Assembly (NCBI GenBank): GCA_010015585.1 | Contig: ML975155.1 | Direction: 5' to 3' (one strand) | DNA: 64,000 bases | Source: Eremomyces bilateralis CBS 781.70 | Taxonomy: Eukaryota | Shown: piece after piece, positions 23,897-36,336 of the stretch | Layout of the letters: every line of letters starts with the position of its first letter | Position numbering within the stretch: position 1 is the first letter of the stretch | Notes under the pieces: generated by a model | What the model was told of the DNA's origin: nothing | Databases searched by the model: none | What the model saw: only the letters and a program-made list of their open reading frames with translations | Made by a program: the position numbers and the translations under genes

Positions 23897-24748
23897 ATGC
23901 CAGTTTGTTCGCTTCACGTCCTAGCTCTTCACACTTCCATCCCATCCTTCCTTTCCGTCCTTGCATCACAGTCTCCTCCTATCAAGCCGCTTCTCGCCTC
24001 CAAACCTCTACGATGGATTGTTCGACCGACGAGCACTTCCACCTCCCTTCTCGGTTCCAATGCGACAACTCAAGACCCGAATCCCCCATCAAACCCGTGG
24101 GATCTCGTCATCGTTCTTCCACTGGACGTGCCGCTCCCCGTAGCAGCGATTCCCTTCATTGCCCAACAATTTAGCGTTACCGTCGGCGTCCCTTCTTCCC
24201 GACTAAAGCAACTCGCGGAAGGGAATGACCAACTCCTACATCCTCCAGGCGGTGTGCCACAGAGCTCAGGAGAACGGACCCGCGGCGCGAACGCCTCATC
24301 CAGCCAGAGCCTAGAATTAAGCAACCCGCTTCAGCAATGGATTGCGAAAGAGGGCAACGGCGACACTCGCGGCGGCGCAGTTAGCATGCTGAACCTCCTA
24401 TCGTTCAACAAGGGAAAGAAGACCAGCTATCAACAATATGGGGCGGCGTTCGCATCGAAGGTCGGAAACCGTCATGGTGGCAATGCGAAGATCGTCGGTA
24501 CCGTGATCAGCATCAATGGTTCCAATGAGAAGAACCGAAGCGACACGGAGGGAGGCATGGAGTGGGATGAAATCGCCATTGCGCATTACCCTTCGCTTAC
24601 CCACTTTGCGGACATGATCAGCAGCAAAGACTATCAAGAAGTGAATCAGAAGCATAGACTAGGTGCGCTACGTGACACCTTTATTCTGTGCACCAGTGAG
24701 TTGAGGGTCGAAGAGGAGTTGAAGAAGGCTGGGGCCGCCCGCCTGTAG
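23897..24748 (+). CDS. Conserved fungal DUF1330-like protein with C-terminal ARL
   Basis: MLNLL, WDEIAIAHYPSLTHFADM, YQEVNQKHR; ATG in CACCATG context. Confidence 0.7.
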   Translation: MPVCSLHVLALHTSIPSFLSVLASQSPPIKPLLASKPLRWIVRPTSTSTSLLGSNATTQDPNPPSNPWDLVIVLPLDVPLPVAAIPFIAQQFSVTVGVPSSRLKQLAEGNDQLLHPPGGVPQSSGERTRGANASSSQSLELSNPLQQWIAKEGNGDTRGGAVSMLNLLSFNKGKKTSYQQYGAAFASKVGNRHGGNAKIVGTVISINGSNEKNRSDTEGGMEWDEIAIAHYPSLTHFADMISSKDYQEVNQKHRLGALRDTFILCTSELRVEEELKKAGAARL

Positions 24749-25339
24749 CCACTTTAACGTGTTGGTTTCGACTGAGATGATGTTCCAAAGTCTGGCGTCT
24801 AGTCATGCCAAAGGGGTTCAAGGGTTCTGGGGCAAGCCTTGGTTGGGCTGTCGGTCCCAAGATTCGTGTATGCATATCCCGTCTATAGGAACATGTCATA
24901 GTGGCCAAATGGCCTGGAGAAGCGGTTTAATGGGCATCAGTCACGGCCTCGCTGCCACATCCAAAAAGAGCCCCAGTACCATTGCTACGCCACAGATGTT
25001 GTCGATGCCTCCCTATTCGGTCGCATTCTGCTCCCATCAACCATCGTCATGGCCTTCACTGGGTGCCAATCGCCCTCGAGATTCCTCTTGGACCAATACA
25101 GGCTCCAGGGTCTGTCACCTAAGGCTACAATTGTCATCGACAAGCCACATAGCCTCCTAAACTGAGCACATTGGACCTCTCCTTTCTGGACACACTAGGA
25201 TGTTGAATCCAGTAGTCCTTGACGACCTAATCAAGTCTACGAAGAGCTTGAACGGCCCTGAAACGCTTTTGGTGATACACTTTGAGTTGATCAAAGCCAC
25301 GACGATTGTTCACAAACGGCCCCAAGAACTCACTCATGC

Positions 25340-27317
25340 CTAGTAAAACACTCTCCATGCGCCGTCGGGGCTATCGTCCAGAACATGCCACAATTTTTCG
25401 ACCCTTTCTACACCGACCCATTCGCCAGAAGACTTTCCACTTCTGCGGCTCGCAGATCCCTCATACTTGGTCGCCACCACCATGACGGTGCTCCACCCAT
25501 CGATCACATCGAGATAGGCCCTGGCACACGCTTCTTTCGAGCTACCGACACGAATCAGCCGATGCACGAGTTGCTGCTGCTTCGCTTTTTCTCTGCCCAC
25601 CGGGCCCGAGAAGGGATGCGGAGGAGGGCCTACACTCCAGGGTCCCAGGGGTGGGCAAGATTGATGCGTGGTCCTCACTGGAGCCATTGCGGGATGGACT
25701 TCAGGAGGTGGCGGCGGTCCAGATGGAGGGTAGGAGCTCGGTGTAGATGATACCGGTGGAGGAGGGATGCCCGGAGGAGGAGGCGGCGGCGGAGGCGGGA
25801 TGGCCATCCAATGAGTTTGAGGTTTGGTGCCGACTGGCAGATAGTCCAGTCGGGTCTGCACCATAGTGTAGACGATGCCTTCGTGTTTCACTTTGTCTCT
25901 GATCCGCGTGCCGCACTTGTTGCAAAATGCAATGGGACGGATGATGGGAATGGGGTCTCCTTGAGTGGGCGGACACTCGCAAGGGAAGCCATAGAGGCGG
26001 TTATCCGCGAAGTTCGGTAGCTCAGTTGTCAGTGCCTCCGTTACGCAGATGCGCACCACTCGGGGTGTAATCTCCGTCCAAGTGGATTCCCGTGGCAGAA
26101 ACTTGTATGGTACCAGCACCGTGGAGGCACTCGCGGCGCCTTTAGATGAGGAGAGTATATCGAGGACGCCGGGATTCGGACGCACATACCAAAACCCCTC
26201 CTCGCCACCACGGAAAAGCCAGAGGTAGCGCTCCAGGTCAACCGGGCTAAGATCATGACGAGTAACATACACACTAGACATGGGGTTGGAAAGGGACGGA
26301 GGGAAGCGGACAAAACAACCCTCGCCCAGCCAATCGGAGAGCTCCTCATGGCTCGTAAGAAGCGTGAGTTTTCCGTCGTCCTCTCTTCCGACGCTGCTTT
26401 CCCGTGAAGAAGAGGAGCGGCTCCTCGACCATGATCTCGATTGAGCTCTTGACCGCCTCCGTGACCGCCGAGGCGGGGGGGATTCGGATACGGACTCCTC
26501 TCGACGAGAACGGTGGGTCCTCCGCGTCCGATCTGGTAATTTCCCCTTTTGCGGGAGAAACACGTGGGGTGGCGGGATTACGGCACCTGGCGGTAGAGCG
26601 CCAACTGGCATGACTGGAGGAAGTGGCATATTAAACGGGAGTCCTACAGCGCTTGTCTTCGACGACTTCGACTTCTTCTTCCACTGAGGGACAGGGGGTG
26701 GTGGGAGCATCATACCAGGCATTCCCGGCATACCAGGCATGCCCGGCATACCAGGTGGAGGAGGTGGAATGGGGAAGGGGGGTGGCATGTCTCCCGGCGG
26801 TGGCGGCGGCGGGATTTTGCGCACAAACGTAGGGCCTGCCGGTTGCTTAAATTGATGGCAGGTCTTCTGATTCGACTGAAGAGTGTAAGGGGTTATCGGA
26901 ACTGGCATGCTACTTTCTCCCGTGGCGGATGGCTCCTTGCTTACGCCTAAGGCGTCCGCATCCTCGGTGATAGGTGCAGCCACACCCTCGGGGCTTGAGT
27001 TGATAGCATCGTTCCCCGCTAATTCCGTCATTGAGACGTCTTGCTGTTGTTTGCTCTCCTGTTGCATTGGTCCGAGTTTCTCTTCCGGCTTGGGGACTGG
27101 TTCATTGCAGTCACAACGCTCTAGCACACCAGTCAGTTTCCATTCAACCTATCAGAACGTTTTTCGCAGCAGTCTCACTGATTTTTGCATCTGCTTCAAC
27201 TTTCCCTTCAGCAATTGTGGCCCTTTGGGCTACCCCTTGGTCCGTACCAGAAGTGGATATTTCTGGGTCTGCGATGGTACAAGTATCAAGCCCATCGATA
27301 ATCTCAAAGTCGGACAT
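25340..27317 (-). CDS. Proline-rich hypothetical protein, 1 intron
   Basis: 595-codon open frame plus upstream exon MSDFEIIDG... joined by a GTGAGA..CTGAC..TAG intron in the correct phase. Confidence 0.7.
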
Positions 27318-28450
27318 TTTGATAGCAGAGTGAAGTTAGGGTCACTGGTGGATTCCTCGACACGGATGACTCTCGACGAGGGAGGTCTAGAACCGTTGGT
27401 GAATTCTAGAATCGGTTGAGCGGTGCGTTGGGACATATATATACCCCTCAACCACTCACTGGCTGTCGCTCCATCTGCAGTGTTCGAATATTACGTGTTT
27501 CTGCACACGATCACTAGCCTTGCACATATCATGCCTGTCCAATGCATTAACGACCCCTCCTTCGTGAATGCAGCTCGATGGAGAGGGCGAACTTCTCCGT
27601 GTTTCCTTATGTCCCACCCTCTGAAAGAGCAGCTGACGCGCAAAATCGACCTAGCGGTGGCTAGATAATCGGGGGGTGGCCCAGTGCTCAAGCGCCGTTG
27701 CAAGTCTCTCCAGACGTTAAACATGTCCAACATTGGTGTTCGAACACTCCCGAGAACTGACTCCAACCGCTTGGTAAAGTGAGGCGCTTGTGTCGCTGCT
27801 TGTGTCGGAAAGCAATGGGGGAGGGGAAAGGCAACCTATAAGGAGTAATACTACGTAGTCGAAATGAAATCATTCTTAGACATTTAACGAAAAATATGTA
27901 GGATGATCATTTCCACATTTCCATGGGGAAGGCGGAAACAATATCCTTTATCTATGAGTGGAGTGGTCAGCTTAAAAATGTAAGTACAGTGATTCCTAAG
28001 TGGAGAATGGGCGATTCCCAATGGCTGCCCGGGTCATAAGCAATGAAACCGGTCAGTATGTTCTTGATCCATCGCACCATCTCCTGATTTGTCTGGTTGC
28101 CTTTCATGCACGACCCTCGTTCATTGGCTTCATGGAAACCCCAGCCGTGACTAGCAGCTGATCTTACGGCCATTCTCGCATGCCTATCTAGATCCACCAC
28201 TTCGAATTTGACCGTCTCGATTCCTAGCGTACATCCAGCAAAGCAATCCATCATCGTGGGGTGTATCTGCCTTTGCTGCGATAGGCAAAGTCCAAACGCC
28301 TGCCAAGATTCCCAAGCTCTTTGCTCCCACGACGCCTCATTCTAGAGCCTTATCAAAACAGTGATCCCAGTCTGGAAAGATGCTAGTCTGCTTGCTTCCT
28401 ATGATGCCACAATCCCAAACCACTCATTACCCGTAAGTCATGATTCCCAT

Positions 28451-29917
28451 TCAACCCGTCTTCAATCCAAGCAATTTCAAGGACCAATTCTTCAATCCAA
28501 CAATCCAATACCAAACCAGACATAGCACCACAACCGGCATGAAAATCTGCACAATCTCCAGTGGGTGCGTCGGCTTGATCTCCGTTTCGATCCACCCCGC
28601 CCTCGTCTTCACCATCTCGCTCTCTTCTCTAGCGCTCCCATTCAGCCCAATGGGTTCCTCACTCGGGGGAAACTTCCCGGTCGTCTGGTAGATCTCCAGT
28701 AAGGCATCCTTCTCTTCCCACCGCTTTGTCAGCCAGTCACCAAACGCCTTTTCATCGTTCAGTGGGATATCTTTGACTTTCCAACCACGCCAGTACATAT
28801 CGATGTATTCCGGAGCCCGCCCTTCACCATAGTTTCGCCAGATGCCGTACATGTCGGCGGCGAAATCGCCGGTGCGCACACCGCTGTAGCCAACCGTGCA
28901 GTCATAGACCCAGTCCACCGTTCCTTGCAATTCTTGCAGACAGTAGAGAAGTCCGGTCGATCGAGGAAGCACCGTATGCTTCAGATCTTCCCGTCCTTGC
29001 TTCGCAGCCCATCGAGCGGAGGTGCGGCGCGCATTTGGGGAAAGATTTGTCCCTTCCGGGAATAACAGCAGCCACATGGGGTCTAGCGTTGTTGAGTCTT
29101 GCTGCTTCAACTCATCAGCAAGCTCGGCACTTGTCTTCGCTTCTGTTACCGACTTCGGCGGGGGTGCAGGTGGAGGGGTTGAGGTGATCGCGGATCTGAG
29201 ATCTTCGAGGACCGTAGAAAGGGCCGTCTTGCGGGGTGAGAATAGCATGCGCGCATTGAGCTTCTGCAATCGGTACCGAAATCGGGGCTTATCCGTCGTC
29301 CATTTTCTGGAGAGAAAGATGAAACTCATAAACATCATCCCAGGTCCGATGATCGGCAGGTACCTAAGGCTCTCCTTCAGGATGATGAAGAAATGCCCCT
29401 GCGTCCCACTGGTATATGCGATCCACCATAAGTATATCCAATCAGTGTAGATCTGATGGTTCGCAATCAGAACCAATCTGGAAGGGAAGTCCGAGCGTAA
29501 GATTCCATCCTTCGAGAGGTGAAGTTGGGGGCTTATGGATGCGGAGGCGGAGATCCGGACTTTCACAGGCGCCCATATCGAGGTGATCTGAGCCAGAAGG
29601 AGGATGAAGTAGGATTTGACAAGGGATTGGAAGGTATAGTAGAGGGGCTTATTCCAGAAGTAGAGCGGCGCGGCGAGGAACTGAACGAAGTGGAGACTGA
29701 CGGATTAATTAGTAGCTAACCTCGCAAGACATATTAAAGCGGCATACCATGAACATGCGATCAATTCATAGAATCCCAGTAGAATCAAGCGGAATAGCTG
29801 CCACCCAAACGAGTTTTGAGCCTGGCCTGTGGATGCATCGACCTCCTCACTCGATTTCCCCGTCACAGGGACGAAAGCTGCCTTCGCAGCTTGACGATGT
29901 CGGACTCGCCCGTCCAT
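28451..29917 (-). CDS. Lysophospholipid acyltransferase (PlsC family, Cst26/Psi1-like)
   Basis: NHQIYTDW, FIFLSRKW, FPEGT, LPRSTG; one intron near 29746-29697. Confidence 0.92.
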
Positions 29918-30789
29918 ATCCCACGTATAATTCGCGAAGATTGCCGGAACATCAATCAAAGGTCTGGCAGTCTCGGAACGCAGCGTGGAAATATATCTGC
30001 GTGGTGGTAAAGACTTCCGCTAGGCAGCCACTGCGAAGAGGTGGGGGTGAAGGCGGTCTGGCTATCAGGAGAGGACAACACAAACGCCGGGTGCTGAGGC
30101 AGTGGCAGTGGAAGGGGTCATGATAGTCCACATCGGGAAATAAACGAATATCCTGGTATGTTCACATATGTGCATGTACTATGTAGATATGAGGTCGATC
30201 ATGTTAGGATCTGAGAGGTAAGAAGAAAGGTGGTGGATTTGCATGTGCTTATTGTGCTAGAGTTATCGATAACTTAGACGTCACTCAGCTACGTCAAGGC
30301 TTTGATTGTGCCATTATCTTGATACGACGCTAACGATTAAGTAAGGAATTGCCTAATAATAACAGGGATGAATACAGTACGCAATGTGTTTTTTAACCTT
30401 TATGGGGTGGTTGGAAGAATGGATATGACCTCTCCATCACTACCACATACAACTCCAAACAATGCTGCAGACCTGCAGTGCCATGCAGAAGTCAGAACAC
30501 CTCAACCCCCAAAAGTCCGTTCGAAATCGTTGCCCCTCAATACCTAGTATATCCCGTGAGCAAGCCATGGCTGGAGAACACGAACATGCCTAGGACATAG
30601 GGCACTGGAGGGGAATCCTGGGTCATCGTCCACTCGCCTCGTAGACGACATGCACGATTAATTAATTGCATCGCACCCGCTCGTCATTGTCCCGCGTACC
30701 GATTCACCTATTTAGTCCTCTACCGGCGCTGTGTAAGTCCAACTTTCCACCAAAGAGTCCTTCGTAGGAGTACAAATGGCGCCGTCATC

Positions 30790-32590
30790 ATGAAGCCTCC
30801 CTCCCCGTCTCGTTGGTTCGCTCGAGCGATCCCGAGTGCTTCCCCCTCCGCGTCCAAATGGACCAGACAATTCACCCAGTCGGCAGCCAAATTGGAAATT
30901 CGAAACGCTACCGAGCTGCCTAGTGGGATCATCCCTAATTACCAAGGCAAGTGATTCTTTTCAAGCTATTGGATTCACGATTGATGGGTTCTGGCTAAGG
31001 CCCTCGTGTTATATGCAACCACAGCTCGTCCTGACGTCTGATGCAGATACTCACAATAGCAGCCTGCTAGCTGTGAAATGGCCTGCGCCGCCTCGGAATA
31101 TTCTTATCGCGAAGAAGTCAGGTAGCGCGACATGCACCAAGAGTCTGATTGCCTTTGCAAAGCATGTGCAGAGCAACTATCCTGGCATCAACATCATTCT
31201 AGAGCCTCACGATGCTGCCGAAGTCCATCGCGACCTGCCGTTCCCGGTGTATACCGCCTATGACCCGTCGCATCCTGATAGCCTCCCGACTACATCGACG
31301 ACGGAATCCCTACCGACCCCGGAAAGTGCAGCCGAGTTTCCAAGCTCATTGTTGAACCACATCTACCAGTCCAAGACCGACCTCATCGCAACGTTGGGTG
31401 GAGATGGCACCATCTTGCATGCCACATCTCTCTTCAGCAGCTCACCACGAGTCCCACCATTGATTCCCTTTAGTATGGGGACGTTGGGTTTCCTTGGGTC
31501 GTGGTCCTTCGACGATCACAAGCGTGCATTCCGCGAAGTCTACGTCTCTGGTTCACATTCACCAGCTCGTCCGGCCCTCGAAGGCGCCGGCGTCTATGGC
31601 AAGCAAGCCGATTCTTCCGGGCCCCGTTCTCACAGTACTCCTTCGGACGAGAGCCACGCCGGTCAGGATGGCCAGGGCGATGAGGGCTGGACTGCAGCAC
31701 CCGGGATGGCGATGGGAGCGCGTCCTGCATACGTGCTCCCCCGAAGCCGCCTTCAAGTCTCTATTCAAACCACCGACACTTCCTTCACTATGCCAGCTGC
31801 GGAGGCGAAAACGTCTCCGACGATGTCCCCACCCTCCCAGCATCCGTCTCTCACCCCATACCTCCGTCCCAGCAACTACACCATCTCTCCATTAACCACC
31901 AAGCCGCCCCTACCCTCCGATTCCCCCCGCAATTTCCCCACCCTCCCCAGCCTGACCCCGTACGCTAAAACCGCCCACCACCTCCCCTGCAACTCCGACT
32001 TCCCGTCCGCGGAGCTCACCTCCACTCCCTCCCATCCCCAAGCCCTCTACGCTCTCAACGAGCTCTCCCTCCACCGTGGCCGCTCCCCTCACCTCGCCGT
32101 CCTCTCCCTCTCCATCCGCACGCCCTCCTCCGCCCGCTCGCAGTTCCTCACCTCCTTCATCGGCGACGGCGTCATCGTGTCCTCGCCCACCGGCTCCACC
32201 GCCTACTCGCTCAGCGCCGGGGGCGCCATCGTGCATCCCGCCGTGCGCAGCCTCCTCATCACCCCTATCTGTCCCCGTAGCCTATCGTTCCGCCCGCTGG
32301 TGCTCCCCGCTAACGCGGAGGTGGAGATCCGGCTGGGCGCGGGCGGGAGGGGTAGCGTGGGGTTGGAGGTGGACGGGGTGCGGAGGGGGAGGCTCGCGGA
32401 GGGGATGGTGGTCAGGGTGAAGGGGGAGGAGTTGGGGAATGGACCTGGAGAGCATGTTGGGACGGCGGGAGGGGTCCCGTGTGTGATTCGCGGGATGGGA
32501 AGGGGTGATGATGGGGAGGGAGCAGAGGAGTATTGGGTGGGTGGGTTGAATGGGTTGTTGAAGTTCAATCATGCTTTTGGCGGCCATTGA
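30790..32590 (+). CDS. POS5: Mitochondrial NAD(H) kinase
   Basis: [40 protein letters not shown]; presequence-like exon 30790-30946 and GC-AG intron. Confidence 0.9.
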
Positions 32591-33759
32591 GCCGGAGAGT
32601 CGGATACCCGATCGATGATGTAAATTGCCATTTAAAATTTCCTCCTGTACAATTGAAAATACATATCCCGGTTTCTAAAATGATCGATCCGCTCCTCGGC
32701 GTTCCGATGCCACTCGATTGGAAACTTGTGCCCGATTGGCACAGCGTTGGAGCTGGATTAGATCCCTGAATTTTATAGGTCATAGTTAATGCCATATGTT
32801 TTTAGTTCGGTAGCTCAACTATAATTAATTGGGCTTAATATCACATGCGACAATCTCTCGAACGAAACCTGGTCCAATTCAAGACCCCGGCCCCTGCTAG
32901 GTCGGGGGAGGAATATTCCAAGCTCAGCCATCATCCCTAAATAATAATGCGCGTAGAGCAAACAGCAACGCAGTTGAAATGTATTTATTTTCGCACAAAC
33001 GAATTATACGCCACTCTTCTCAGCAAAGATCGGAACACTCATGCCTCATGAAAAGAATTAGTAGGGCGGGCGACTTTAACAAGGGGATTGGGAGGTCAGG
33101 AGGCAGGTCCCAATTTCGTTCCGAGGATCACGAGGACTCGGAATCGATTGATATTTCAAGTTTAAACATTGGAGCACGACTCGCGCCTTGCTAAACTGAC
33201 ATGATAGACCCGTGTCCACGCATCGGCCTCCTTTTGGTTTGGACAACACGATCCAAGCCCCATTCCCACAAACCCCAATCCTAAAGAAACATCCGTTCCA
33301 TAACCGATCGCCCTTCTGTAACAGACCGGACGACCTCGTGCAATTGCCAGCAGCACCGGGGGAAGCGTTTTCTCGTTTTGTACGTAATAGATAAGTTGTG
33401 TGAAGATCAACGAGGTTGGTAAATACGACGCGTGCAGGGAGCCGAGATTCCAAGGAGAAGATAGGTGTTGGGAGAGATAGAACATCAAAGATATACAACG
33501 GAATCGCATTGGGCCGTGGGCGGTGAGAGGCCCCCAGCGTCAACCTCGACCGCTAAGTCACGGTCCCGAGATTTTCTCCGCTCTCTGTTAAAGGGATCTT
33601 TCTATATTCTGATGTCACCCCCCGTCCACATTTCATGGTAGAACAGCACAGGGGGCGGATTGAGGTTGCGTGGGAGGTAGCAATGCGTTTGCCGTCCTAG
33701 ATTCGTGACCAAATGACGCGGAGTAGGATAATAATCCTTTCTTTGCATCAGGAGACCAA

Positions 33760-36336
33760 TTATGGTCGAATCTCCGTGTACCTGGAGATATAGACGTTAG
33801 CGACAATGCATGCGATTATACGGGAATTGCAGCGAGAGAAGCGCATCCGGTGGATGGCGATGTGAACGTACCTCCATATCCTTGCACGAAGATCACCACT
33901 TCCGGTGGCGAAAAGACCGCCTTGCGGGCTTGGTGCAACTGAGATGACTAGGAACAGTATTAGCACGACACGAGTCGGTCCAGGGGATATCCTCAACATA
34001 CCAGAGTTCTTGTGACCTTGCAACATGAGTTGTGCAGCGCCGGTGAGTGGATCCCAGAATTGCACTCCTCGGTCCTTGGAGCCTGAGAGCACCCATCGAC
34101 CATCGGGGGTGAGAGCGACGGACAGAACAAAGTCCTACATACCATGCGTCAGTGCGATTTCCATCCAGGACAAGAGATAAACCAACCTTGTGACCCTCGA
34201 AAGTTCGGGTACACTGGCCACGACCAGGGGGGTTTACGCCGCCATGGGGCATCATATGCTGCGGCTGCAGCTCCCACATCTTGATGGTCTTATCCAAGCT
34301 CCCGGACACGATCTCACGTCCGCTGGGGCTGAACGCGACGGAGTACACGCTGTCTTTGTGGCCGACGTTGTCGCCCTCGAGGCGCTCCCGCAACAAGCCG
34401 GTGGCAGTATCCCAGACTCGAACACTCTTGTCAAGGGATCCACCAGCCACGTTTCGGTTGTCCGGAGAGATGGCAACGGTGGTGACGCCGTCATCGATTT
34501 GGAGCGTGAACAGCAATTCATTGCGTTCGACGTCCCACAGCCGGACCGTGCGGTCGCCCGAGCCCGAGGCGATGAGGCGACCGTTCCGTGCAAAGTCTAG
34601 GGAGTAGATGTCTTGTTCGTGGCCGCGGAACTCGTTCTTGATGGTGCGTGACTGAATGTCCCAGACCTAGCAAAGATGTCAGTCACAAACAAAATCCCAC
34701 TGGGGATGCAAACGTACTCGAATGATTTTATCCTCTGCACCGGTCGCAAGGTATCGTCCATCGGGACTGAAACAAACACTGCGGATATAGAGATCCGTGT
34801 CGTCCACCAGTGACTCATCCTTGAGCTCGGCCACCCGTTGCCCGGTTTGCACGTCATAGATGTAGGCCGAGCGATTGCAACCGGTGGCAACGAAGCGGCC
34901 ATCGAGACTGAAGCGAACGCAGCAGACTACGCTATTATGGTCTAGGGTGTGGACAAGATCCACGTCCAACGTGCGTCGGAGACGAGGGTTGAAGACTGCG
35001 TACCAATCGGAGCCTTCTTTCTTATATTCGGGCGGGAGGTCGTTGATCTCCAGGTCGGCCAGCGTGTTCCCCGTCGGACCGGCAGCCATCGACAGGCCAT
35101 TTCGGACCAGAGGCGGGCCTTGAGCGGGAGGAGGAGTCGGACGAGGAACTTGGGGTGATCCGGGGTAAGGGGCAGCGGAGTTTTGCTGCGGAGTGGCAGG
35201 GCCTGGTGGACCACGGGGATTACGACCTCCTCGTGGTCCCGGAGATGCGACCGGTTGAGGAACGCCAGGTGCGTAACCTGGAAAAGGCGTTAGTAGATGG
35301 TTCCGAGTGAGGCGTTCCACGGTCGAGCAGTGGCTTACCATTCGGTGCTGGTCCCGGTGGATAAAAGGGAGGCGGTGGTGGGCCTTGTGCATTCATTCCC
35401 GCTGGTCCCTGGGCAAGATGGACGGGAACATTGGCCTGCTGACCTGGATCTTGTGGCTGGGGAGGAGCGAGAGCTTGCCCTCCTTGCTGACCACCTCCGG
35501 CCATGATTCCGCCAAACAGATTTCCTGGTCCATGTCCAATGCTTGGAGGCGGCGGTTGTGACGGTCCGGCATGGGGAGGCTGGTTGGGACCTTGACGTTC
35601 CAGCTCATGTCGCAGGCGGGCGATCTCATCTTCATACCTGTTCTAGTTAGTGAGCTGCGACGGTCGGGCTGGCGGGGAGGCACTCACTTCTGCTTGACCT
35701 GATGATGGGTCTGTTCTAGAGAGTAGAGCTTGGCGCGAAGCATGTCCAATTCATGAATTTGGTTTGCCACTAGTCCATGGACGTCAGTAAAGGCTTGCGC
35801 GCAGTGCGTGTCCATGGTGGAAAAGGATCCCAGCGATCGTTTGTCGCAACAAGGACGAATATGCACCAGTCTAATAGAGTTCTGGCAGTAAATATTCTGC
35901 AGATGCATCGGCATATGCAGGAACATACATCAGAAGGAGAAAAATGACGGTGGAAATATTGGAAGAAATATAAGGGACGCTACACGGAGAAATCGGGTGG
36001 GTGACAGGAATGATGAATGGACCATTGACGCGGAAACGGTGAATTCGGCTCGAAGCCGATTGTCATACGGTCACCCATCTCCGGTCACCCATCTCCGACG
36101 GGTGAAGACCATTTAATGAAGGGATCGAGTGGGTTTGCTCTTCACAAACGCGGCATGGAGCTGGGACAGGAGGGGCACCAGCAGCGACGAGCGAAAGAAG
36201 ACTTACCAGACTGTTCAAAATCGCCGGCGCGATTGGCCTGGAGATCGAATTCCTGGCGAACTTGTTCCAGCAGCTCGGTCAGGCGATTGTTCGGGCCTGG
36301 CGCACCCGGCACCATTGCCCGATGGGAGTTGTACAT
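33760..36336 (-). CDS. TUP1: Transcriptional corepressor Tup1/RCO-1 (multi-exon)
   Basis: [15 protein letters not shown]-terminal domain; WD40 repeats [36 protein letters not shown]. Confidence 0.97.

Noticed and set aside
2489..24748. Secondary-metabolite cluster (P450, peroxidase, GMC)
   Set aside because: Genes are dispersed among housekeeping loci with no PKS, NRPS, terpene synthase, transporter or cluster regulator
32803..32895. tRNA-like sequence (GGTAGCTCAA...CCTGGTCCAATTC)
   Set aside because: D-loop too long, no GTTC in the T-loop, stems pair poorly
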